From NCBI GenBank assembly GCA_045127235.1, contig JBGVPY010000065.1, positions 5,546 to 69,545 on the forward strand: a stretch of DNA of 64,000 nucleotides, given 5' to 3'. Position 1 is the first letter of the stretch, and the number at the start of each line of letters is the position of its first letter. The position numbers and the translations under genes were made by a program. This document shows positions 16,531 through 24,098 of this stretch, in pieces. The DNA comes from Eubacteriales bacterium (GTDB lineage Bacteria; Bacillota; Clostridia; Oscillospirales; CAG-272). The notes beneath the pieces were generated by a model. That model ran no database searches and had not been told where the DNA came from. It saw only the letters and a list, made by a program, of their open reading frames with translations.

Positions 16531-16552
16531 GATTACTGATTGATTACTGATT
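16531..16552 (-). repeat. inverted copy C of the 22-bp double 11-mer
   Basis: The reverse complement aatcagtaatcaatcagtaatc matches 3418-3439 at 22/22 and 1137-1158 at 21/22. Confidence 0.8.
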
Positions 16553-16816
16553 AACTTTGAAAATATATTTTCAAATATTTTGGTAAAATGCTTTATTTTT
16601 CATTTCGAATGTGATATAATATTTGCACCACACATCTTCAAAGTGAATAGAGTTTTTTAGTCCATAAGAGGGGATACCATAGGTAAAAGGTATCGTCTCT
16701 CGTTTCATAATACTCTTATGGGCTATTTGAAGAAGTGTGGTAACTTTAGAGGGATGTACTTTTTCGGTGCGTTCTCTTTAAGGGGGCGCACTTTTTATTT
16801 TGTAATTGAGGTAAAT

Positions 16817-17098
16817 ATGATAGATAATCAAGATTGGGACGAAGAAGAGCTTATCCCAGACGATTGGACTGAGGAAGATATAGCTTGGTGGAATAAATTC
16901 GAGCCTTTCTTAAAGGTTGCTTTATTTGAAAGTGCTAAAGAAGAGGTAGAATACTATGATAGCTTGCCTGATGTGGAGATTGAGTTTAGTGATGATTTCA
17001 AACGAGGCATGAATAAAATATTTAGAGATGCTTTTGGAGCTGATTGTAAAATTCCGCATCCAGAGGTTGAAAATATAAACAAGGCAGTAAATGTTTGA
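16817..17098 (+). CDS. acidic hypothetical protein (93 aa)
   Basis: ATG 16817 follows GAGGT. The longer track ORF (16718) runs through a structured leader. Confidence 0.55.
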   Translation: MIDNQDWDEEELIPDDWTEEDIAWWNKFEPFLKVALFESAKEEVEYYDSLPDVEIEFSDDFKRGMNKIFRDAFGADCKIPHPEVENINKAVNV

Positions 17099-17112
17099 TT
17101 AGAGGTGCTTAT

Positions 17113-17292
17113 ATGGAAAACGAAAAAATATTTGATGTAACAGGCGTTGAATTAACTCCCGGTGATTGGGATGCTTGCTTAGGTAATGGAAAGCATTATG
17201 ATAAAAACGGCGAACTTATTGAATGCTGTTGCGACGAGTGTGATTATCTAAAATTGTGCTATGAAAATGGCATGAAAGATAGTGAAGAATAA
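17113..17292 (+). CDS. small Cys-rich hypothetical protein (59 aa)
   Basis: ATG 17113 follows AGAGGTG. ...ELIECCCDECDYLKLC... Confidence 0.5.
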   Translation: MENEKIFDVTGVELTPGDWDACLGNGKHYDKNGELIECCCDECDYLKLCYENGMKDSEE

Positions 17293-17313
17293 TAAGCATT
17301 TCTACTTAAAGAG

Positions 17314-17337
17314 CCCTGTTTTTTCAACAGGGTTTTT
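17314..17337 (+). terminator. intrinsic terminator
   Basis: ccctgtt / aacaggg stem plus TTTTT. Confidence 0.7.
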
Positions 17338-17430
17338 ATATTGTCGTGTTTTCGGGACATCACGAACTTTACAATAAGAAAAAGTGGTGTTATAATTGAA
17401 TTATAACAAATATTTTGGAGGCTTTTTATT

Positions 17431-18066
17431 ATGATGATTTGTCCACAAACCTATGTAAATATGTTCTTAGAAGGTAAAAGTTCAACTGAAATCAAAAAAG
17501 AGATTGACAAGCTCAAACGCAGAGTAAGAGAGTTAAAACGATTGCTTGAAGATCCAAGAGAACAGCTTAATCCGTGCTTTTGTCCTCACCCTTCAGTACA
17601 AATTTCTATGAATTTAGACTACATTGAAGCAGCAAGAAACTATCTTTATGAAAAAACAGGCGAGCTCTATATGACCAAGAGCGATGAAAAAGCGTTAATT
17701 TTTGCAGAAAACCTTGCGAATGTTGAATCTATTGAATTGCTTATAACAGGATTTTTCAATCCATCTGAACCTGTTATAATTAAATTTATTGGTGATGATG
17801 TTGTTCGCGTAGAAAATGAAGAAAAGATTTTAGATTATGACAAAGAGAGCTTTATTGAAGATTTCAAAAGTTTGAATGTTGGTTCTTGGCGTAGGCATTA
17901 CGATACCACACGCTTTGGTTTTGATGTTTGCGATGGGGAACAATGGGAATTAACAGTCAAATATTTGAGTGGTAAAAAAGAAGTATATAGTGGAGATAAT
18001 GCATATCCGTACAATTTTGATAATTTATGTAATTTATTCGAAATAAATTGGGGAATAGAGGAATGA
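17431..18066 (+). CDS. hypothetical protein (211 aa)
   Basis: GGAGG RBS. The stop overlaps the next start (ATGA). Confidence 0.65.
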   Translation: MMICPQTYVNMFLEGKSSTEIKKEIDKLKRRVRELKRLLEDPREQLNPCFCPHPSVQISMNLDYIEAARNYLYEKTGELYMTKSDEKALIFAENLANVESIELLITGFFNPSEPVIIKFIGDDVVRVENEEKILDYDKESFIEDFKSLNVGSWRRHYDTTRFGFDVCDGEQWELTVKYLSGKKEVYSGDNAYPYNFDNLCNLFEINWGIEE

Positions 18067-18440
18067 AAGAGTTATTAGAGTTTATAGAACCATTACAGAA
18101 CTTGGATAAAGTCCAATGGGGTGGAGGCAAACAATCCGACGGAACAATTCAATTCCCGTTTCCGTTATATCCTTTTGAAATACAAAAATTTGAAGAAGTA
18201 TTTTTTAATTCAAGTCTTGTAGATAGAAATTACGGGGATAGAATGAATGAGAAAAATTGGTGGAATGAGCAAACAATGGAAAATGATATTCCTTCAATGT
18301 CTGAGAATGATGTTGGCACTTGCATAACAGCTATTTTTCGAAGAGAACGTTTTTGTGATGGCACAATACAACATTTTTTAGAAAATGGAATTATTATAAA
18401 ATTGTTAGACAGGCTAAAAAACATTAAGACTTTGTCATAA
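18063..18440 (+). CDS. hypothetical protein (125 aa)
   Basis: ATGA overlap with the upstream gene. Conserved-looking FRRERFCDG motif. Family not identified. Confidence 0.6.
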   Translation: MKELLEFIEPLQNLDKVQWGGGKQSDGTIQFPFPLYPFEIQKFEEVFFNSSLVDRNYGDRMNEKNWWNEQTMENDIPSMSENDVGTCITAIFRRERFCDGTIQHFLENGIIIKLLDRLKNIKTLS

Positions 18441-18444
18441 TTTG

Positions 18445-18473
18445 TTGAAAAACTATTCAATTTGTGGTATATT
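18445..18473 (+). promoter_or_regulatory. promoter of the R-M/defence operon
   Basis: TTGAAA (18445-18450), 17 nt, TATATT (18468-18473), with an upstream TG (extended -10). Confidence 0.55.
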
Positions 18474-18508
18474 ATAGTTATATTGATTTAAAAGTAATGG
18501 AGCACAAA

Positions 18509-18685
18509 ATGGCTAATGAAATAAATTGGCAAGCGTTATCAAGTGAAGAGAAGAAAAAACAGTTGTTTTTAAGTCAAAAAGCAACACTTGATTCTTTTCT
18601 TGAAAGAGGTGCAATTAGTCAAGCACAATACGATAAAAGTTATGGCGACTTAAAAGTTAAAATGGGTTTTGATAAGGAGATTTAA
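18509..18685 (+). CDS. small hypothetical protein (58 aa) preceding hsdM
   Basis: ATG 18509 follows GGAG. The stop lies 1 nt before the hsdM ATG. Confidence 0.5.
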   Translation: MANEINWQALSSEEKKKQLFLSQKATLDSFLERGAISQAQYDKSYGDLKVKMGFDKEI

Positions 18686-18686
18686 A

Positions 18687-20183
18687 ATGATAACAGGTGA
18701 ATTAAAGTCAAAAATTGATAAAATTTGGGACACGATTTGGACGGGCGGTATTGCATCCCCGATAACTGTATTGGAGCAAATTACTTATTTGCTTTTTATG
18801 AAATTGCTTGATGATAATGAAACGAAAAAAGAAGGTAATGCGAGAGCTTTAGGAATTACATATAAAAGCAAGGTGTTTCTTGAAGGCGAGTATTGTCCTA
18901 ATGATGATGGCAATATGAAAATACCATATTCTGACCTTCGTTGGAGCAAATTTCATAATGACGAACCAAGTGTTATGATGGAAACTGTTCGTAATTATGT
19001 TTTCCCATTTATCAAGACTGTAAACGGTGATGGAAAAGATACTGCATTTTCACGTTTTATGTCTGACGCTGTATTTCTTATTACAACACCAAAGGTGTTG
19101 GCGGTTTGCGTTGATACATTAAACGAAATTGACACAAGTAATAAAGACATAATGGGCGACGTTTACGAATATTGTCTTTATAAAATGTCATCAGCAGGAA
19201 CTTTAGGTCAGTTTAGAACACCACGCCATATCGTTGATATGATGGTGGCTCTTATGCAGCCAAAGGTAAATGATAAAATTCTCGACCCAGCTATGGGAAG
19301 TGCGGGATTCCTTTTAGGTTGTGCTAAGTATTTACAGGAAAACAATTCTAAAGACCTTATGCGTAAGGATGTGGCACAGCACTATAATACAACAATGTTC
19401 AATGGATTTGATACAGATCCATCTATGCTTCGTATCGGTGCTATGAATATGTTACTTCACGGTGTAGAAGAGCCTAATATTGCAAGACAGGACTCTTTGT
19501 CTGATGATAATACGATAAGAAATGAATATTCATTGATAATGGCTAACCCACCATTTAAGGGTAGCGTATTTGAAGAAGATATTAGCAAAGATATCTTGTC
19601 GCTTTGCAAAACAAAGAAAACGGAACTTCTATTCCTTTCTCTTTTCGTTAAATCATTAAAGATAGGTGGCAGATGTGCTTGTATCGTTCCTGATGGCGTA
19701 TTATTTGGTTCTTCAACAGCTCATAAATCTATTAGAAAAGAACTGATTGAAAATAATAAATTGTTGGCAGTTATATCAATGCCTTCTGGTGTATTTAAAC
19801 CATACGCAGGCGTTTCAACAGCTATTTTAATATTCGCCAAAGACCCTGTTGGAACAGATAAAGTTTGGTTTTATGATATGCAAGCAGATGGTCTTAGCCT
19901 TGATGATAAGAGAAGCCCTGTTAACGAGAATGATATTCCTGATATTATTGCTCGATACCACAACCTTACAGCTGAAGAAAGTCGTGAGCGTACCGAAAAG
20001 AGTTTCTTTGTTTCCAAGCAAGAAATCGTTGATAATGATTATGACCTATCCATCAATAAATATAAAAAAACTGAATATGTTGCTGTAGAGTATCCTTCTT
20101 CTGAGGAAATCATGGATAAACTTGATGCTATCGAGGAGAAAGTTATAACCGGATTAAAACAATTACGAGGAATGTTAAAATGA
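18687..20183 (+). CDS. hsdM: Type I restriction-modification methyltransferase subunit
   Basis: Motif I LDPAMGSAGFLL, motif IV IMANPPFKGS. AAGGAG RBS. Confidence 0.92.
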   Translation: MITGELKSKIDKIWDTIWTGGIASPITVLEQITYLLFMKLLDDNETKKEGNARALGITYKSKVFLEGEYCPNDDGNMKIPYSDLRWSKFHNDEPSVMMETVRNYVFPFIKTVNGDGKDTAFSRFMSDAVFLITTPKVLAVCVDTLNEIDTSNKDIMGDVYEYCLYKMSSAGTLGQFRTPRHIVDMMVALMQPKVNDKILDPAMGSAGFLLGCAKYLQENNSKDLMRKDVAQHYNTTMFNGFDTDPSMLRIGAMNMLLHGVEEPNIARQDSLSDDNTIRNEYSLIMANPPFKGSVFEEDISKDILSLCKTKKTELLFLSLFVKSLKIGGRCACIVPDGVLFGSSTAHKSIRKELIENNKLLAVISMPSGVFKPYAGVSTAILIFAKDPVGTDKVWFYDMQADGLSLDDKRSPVNENDIPDIIARYHNLTAEESRERTEKSFFVSKQEIVDNDYDLSINKYKKTEYVAVEYPSSEEIMDKLDAIEEKVITGLKQLRGMLK

Positions 20184-21376
20184 AAAAATATTCATTTAGA
20201 GAATTAGTAGTGGATGCCCGAACAGGATTGAACCCTCGTAAAAATTTCACTCTTGGTAACGGAAGCAATTATTATATAACGATTAAAGATATTCATGATG
20301 GTAAAATTATAATTACCGACAAAACCGATCGCATTAACGATGAAGCCATCGCTATGATTAAGAAGCGTTCAAGGATTAAAAATGGCGATATCTTATTTAC
20401 AAGCATCGGTCGCATAGGCGAGACCGCTATTGTAATCGACAAAAACGACACATGGGATGTCAACGAATCGGTATTCATCTTTACACTTGATACAAAAATA
20501 ATAACTCAAGAGTATTTTTGTGCGTTAATGCTTTCTAAAAGTGTTCAAGATAAACTTCAAAGGGATAGTTCTGGTTCAACGTTCAAAAGCATCAAGATGA
20601 ATCAACTTGAGAAAATGGAATTTTTTATACCTTCTGTTGATGTACAGATTGAAATTACTCAAAAATTGAACCAAATCAAGGAGTTGATTTTGGCTAGACA
20701 AGAACAGATTGCATTGCATGATGATTTAATAAAATCCCGATTTATCGAGATGTTTGGTGATCCAATATTAAATCCATACAATTGGAATATTGTTAACATT
20801 ACTGAAGTGGTGGGTGGCAAGGTAACAAATGGGTTCTTTGCTAAGCGAGATGAGTACACAGAAAACGGAAATGTCAAAGTTTTGGGAGTAGCCAATATAG
20901 TAAACAGAATGTATTCTAATGTTGCGGATCTGCCGAGAACAAACGGAACTGCATCAGACATTCAAAAATTTGAAGTTCGCTATGGAGATATGCTTTTCTG
21001 CCGTTCATCACTTGTAGCAGAAGGTATAGGTAAAGCTTCTATCGTTCCACACGATGTGCCACCAAAGACATTATTCGAATGTCATGTGATACGATTGCCG
21101 TTAGACTTAAACAAATGTGTACCTGAGTTCATGCAGGTATTAAGCACAACGGATTATTTTAGAAACCAAGTCATAGCACAATCAAAAACGGCTACAATGA
21201 CTACAATTGGTCAAGATGGAATATTAAAAACAATGATCATTTTGCCACCAATAGAAAAACAAAAGCAATTTTTAGATTTCGTTAAACAGACCGACAAATC
21301 GAAATTTGAAATACAAAAAAGCCTTGAACAGCTTGAAATTTTGAAAAAATCTTTAATGCAAAAGTATTTTGGCTAA
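20180..21376 (+). CDS. hsdS: Type I R-M specificity subunit (two TRDs)
   Basis: TRD1 - conserved KSRFIEMFGDP - TRD2 - conserved TDKSKFEIQ. ATGA overlap with hsdM. Confidence 0.9.
   Translation: MKKYSFRELVVDARTGLNPRKNFTLGNGSNYYITIKDIHDGKIIITDKTDRINDEAIAMIKKRSRIKNGDILFTSIGRIGETAIVIDKNDTWDVNESVFIFTLDTKIITQEYFCALMLSKSVQDKLQRDSSGSTFKSIKMNQLEKMEFFIPSVDVQIEITQKLNQIKELILARQEQIALHDDLIKSRFIEMFGDPILNPYNWNIVNITEVVGGKVTNGFFAKRDEYTENGNVKVLGVANIVNRMYSNVADLPRTNGTASDIQKFEVRYGDMLFCRSSLVAEGIGKASIVPHDVPPKTLFECHVIRLPLDLNKCVPEFMQVLSTTDYFRNQVIAQSKTATMTTIGQDGILKTMIILPPIEKQKQFLDFVKQTDKSKFEIQKSLEQLEILKKSLMQKYFG
20735..20757 (+). repeat. 23-bp conserved hsdS core repeat, copy 1
   Basis: tcccgatttatcgagatgtttgg, identical at 22432-22454 and 23485-23507, all in direct orientation. 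Confidence 0.9.
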
Positions 21377-21428
21377 AAATAGTGGTGTAGGATGTTGGTA
21401 TATTCTAAAAATTAAGGAGTATACCAAC

Positions 21429-22424
21429 ATGAAAAACACAATTATTACTGATATTGAGCAAGGAATGCAAGGATTTCTTGACAATGCACAAATGAAAAAG
21501 CTTCACGAGATACTTACACATGCACTTTTTGGAGTTGAAATTGTTAAAACAGAAGAATTTTCCGAGAATAGCGAGGATTTTGATAATCAAACCTTGCTCA
21601 CAACCTTCCTTTCAGCTAAAAAAGTCGAGGGATGTAGTGAAAAAACATTAAAATACTATAAAGCTACTATTGAAAGAATGTTTGTTGATATTAAAATAAG
21701 CGTTTCCCATATAACGACAGACGATTTGAGAGAATACCTTGCTAATTATCAGCAAATAAACGATTGCAGTAAAGCAAACATTGATAATATTAGGCGCATT
21801 CTTTCAAGTTTTTTTGCGTGGCTTGAAGATGAAAATTACATATTGAAAAGCCCTGTTCGTAGAATCCATAAAATACGGACTACGAAAACAGTAAAAGAAA
21901 CATATACAGATGAGGCTCTTGAACAAATGCGAGATGCTTGTACTAATTTGCGAGATCTTGCACTAATAGACTTGCTATCTTCTACCGGAATGCGTGTTGG
22001 CGAGCTTGTAAAACTCAATATTTCTGATATAGATTTTGATAACAGAGAGTGTATAGTTTTTGGAAAAGGAAGCAAAGAACGTCCTGTTTATTTTGATGCA
22101 CGAACAAAAATACATTTGAAAAATTACGTTCAAAGTAGGAACGACGATAATCCTGCCTTGTTTGTTTCGCTTTTAAAACCATACAACCGCCTTGAAATAA
22201 GTGGTGTGGAAATCAGGATGCGACAGCTCGGAAGAGCGTTAGGAATAGATAAAGTTCATCCGCATAAGTTTCGAAGAACCCTTGCAACAAGAGCTATTGA
22301 CAAGGGAATGCCCATAGAACAGGTTCAACAATTGCTTGGACACGCCAAAATTGATACTACAATGCAATATGCAATGGTTAGTCAAAACAACGTAAAACTT
22401 TCGCACCGAAAATATATCGGTTGA
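21429..22424 (+). CDS. tyrosine site-specific recombinase (XerC/D-like) embedded in the hsd locus
   Basis: HPHKFRRTLATRAID...LLGHAKIDTTMQYA (HxxR...H...Y). AAGGAG RBS. A 10-bp hairpin at 21393-21429 spans the RBS and start. Confidence 0.88.
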   Translation: MKNTIITDIEQGMQGFLDNAQMKKLHEILTHALFGVEIVKTEEFSENSEDFDNQTLLTTFLSAKKVEGCSEKTLKYYKATIERMFVDIKISVSHITTDDLREYLANYQQINDCSKANIDNIRRILSSFFAWLEDENYILKSPVRRIHKIRTTKTVKETYTDEALEQMRDACTNLRDLALIDLLSSTGMRVGELVKLNISDIDFDNRECIVFGKGSKERPVYFDARTKIHLKNYVQSRNDDNPALFVSLLKPYNRLEISGVEIRMRQLGRALGIDKVHPHKFRRTLATRAIDKGMPIEQVQQLLGHAKIDTTMQYAMVSQNNVKLSHRKYIG

Positions 22425-22431
22425 TTTCAAA

Positions 22432-22454
22432 TCCCGATTTATCGAGATGTTTGG
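22432..22454 (+). repeat. 23-bp conserved hsdS core repeat, copy 2
   Basis: Identical 23-mer beginning 8 nt after the recombinase stop. Confidence 0.9.
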
Positions 22455-23010
22455 AGAGTGCGAGAATACAGTGCGTCTTGGTGATTGTTGTGAAGTTCAT
22501 GCAAGAATTGGATGGCAAGCACTAACAAGAGATGAACATATGAAAACGGGCGAATATATGCTTGTAACGGGAACGGATTTTAAAGATGGAGAAGTCAACT
22601 ACTCAACGTGTGTATATGTTGCTAAAGAACGGTATGAAATGGATAAACACATTATTTTAAGAAATGATGATGTGCTTATAACGAAAGATGGTACGATTGG
22701 TAAGGTAGCGATAGTTCATAACCTTCCTAAACCTGCGACTTTAAATGCAGGTGTATTTGTCGTAAGGCCTGACGAAATATTTAATAAAGAATATATTGCA
22801 AATGTTTTCAAAGGTCCATTATTTAGCGATTATGTAGAAGCGTCTAAAACGGGTGCGACAATAAAACACTTGAATCAAAAACACTTAGTAGAGTTTATGA
22901 TTCCTGTGCCTTCCTTAGAAGAGCAAGAAGCGTTTTCTCAATTTATAAAACGCATCGACAAATCGAAATATCATGGTGAATTCGCCTACAGATCGGAGGT
23001 AGCAGCATGA
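22447..23010 (+). CDS. half-size hsdS cassette (single TRD, no N-terminal TRD or independent start)
   Basis: The frame is open from 22396 and reads FKSRFIEMFGE. The only start is the Met inside that conserved repeat. It ends with the conserved IDKSKY. Confidence 0.7.
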   Translation: MFGECENTVRLGDCCEVHARIGWQALTRDEHMKTGEYMLVTGTDFKDGEVNYSTCVYVAKERYEMDKHIILRNDDVLITKDGTIGKVAIVHNLPKPATLNAGVFVVRPDEIFNKEYIANVFKGPLFSDYVEASKTGATIKHLNQKHLVEFMIPVPSLEEQEAFSQFIKRIDKSKYHGEFAYRSEVAA

Positions 23011-24098
23011 TAAATGAAAAGCTATTTACGGAATTGTACACGGATATAACCAAGAAAGCAACAAAAATTCCTCAAGAAAACTATCTTGACGAGGGAAACT
23101 ATCCTATTGTAGACCAAGGAAAAGGACAAATTGCAGGTCGTTGGAATGAAGCGGAAGGTTTGTGTGTCGAAATACCAGCTATAATCTTTGGTGATCATAC
23201 ACGAACTATTAAATATATTGACGAGCCGTTCTTCATTGGAGCAGATGGTGTAAAAGTTCTACGTCCAACAAACCAAGCGGATAATCCCAAGTATTACTAT
23301 TATGCTTTACAAGCGGCAAGAATTCCGAATTTAGGGTACAGTAGGCACTTTAAGGTTGTAAAAGAACTGATGATTAGGGTGTACACTCGTGCAGATCAAG
23401 ACCAAATTGTTTCAATCCTTGAAAAAATAGATGAAGTTATCGAAATCCGTCAAGCCGAGTTGTTGGCTATAGAACAGCTCGTCAAGTCCCGATTTATCGA
23501 GATGTTTGGCTCAACAGGAAAACAAGTTCCGTTGATAGATTATGTTTGGTTTCAAGAAGGTCCGGGTGTTCGTTCTGCTGATTTTACGGAAAAAGGAACA
23601 GTGCTGTTGACAGGCTCAAATATTAACGATAATGAAATATCATTTGGTTATAAAAGTGATAGACACATTTCAAATGAATTGGCATCAGGCAAATATGCTC
23701 ATTTTATGTGTGATAAAGATGATATTTTGGTTGTGTCTTCTGCTATTGACCCTGATAAGTTTGATAAAAAGGTCGTAGTAGTTGGTGTTGATAAGAAATA
23801 CTGTTTAAACACTGGTATTATTAGATTTAAACCTAATAAACAATATTTAACTCTTGGGTATTTTAGAGAGTTTTTAAAAACAGATTATTTTAAGCATCAA
23901 GTGAGCAACGAGATGAGAGGAATTGCTCAAATGCATTTTGGGCCATCACATCTAAAACAGATGACTATTTTACTACCAGACTCGATTGATAGTCAAATTG
24001 AGTTTGACGCATTTATGCAACAAGTCGATAAATCGAAATATTATTGTGTTTTAGCACTAAAAATCATAGAAAAATTACTCGCAGAGGTGAAATTATGA
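23007..24098 (+). CDS. hsdS: second full-length Type I specificity subunit
   Basis: TRD - VKSRFIEMFGS - TRD - VDKSKYY. ATGA overlaps with both neighbours. Confidence 0.85.
   Translation: MINEKLFTELYTDITKKATKIPQENYLDEGNYPIVDQGKGQIAGRWNEAEGLCVEIPAIIFGDHTRTIKYIDEPFFIGADGVKVLRPTNQADNPKYYYYALQAARIPNLGYSRHFKVVKELMIRVYTRADQDQIVSILEKIDEVIEIRQAELLAIEQLVKSRFIEMFGSTGKQVPLIDYVWFQEGPGVRSADFTEKGTVLLTGSNINDNEISFGYKSDRHISNELASGKYAHFMCDKDDILVVSSAIDPDKFDKKVVVVGVDKKYCLNTGIIRFKPNKQYLTLGYFREFLKTDYFKHQVSNEMRGIAQMHFGPSHLKQMTILLPDSIDSQIEFDAFMQQVDKSKYYCVLALKIIEKLLAEVKL
23485..23507 (+). repeat. 23-bp conserved hsdS core repeat, copy 3
   Basis: Identical 23-mer within the second hsdS. Confidence 0.9.

Larger units (their letters stand above)
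1..16552. mobile_element. integrated element, putative inovirus-like (ssDNA, non-tailed) prophage; left end outside window
   Basis: Contains a serine integrase, an S24 repressor, an operon rich in membrane and secreted proteins, a membrane P-loop NTPase, an HUH Rep and GC-rich hairpins. No recognisable capsid, terminase or tail genes. The right limit is set at the inverted 22-bp repeat 16531-16552. Confidence 0.45.

Noticed and set aside
21393-21429. The hairpin before the recombinase gene as a recombination site
   Set aside because: It is a single local 10-bp stem spanning the RBS and start, with no second copy seen in the locus. It is more likely translational control or a weak terminator. 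It is mentioned only in the feature evidence.
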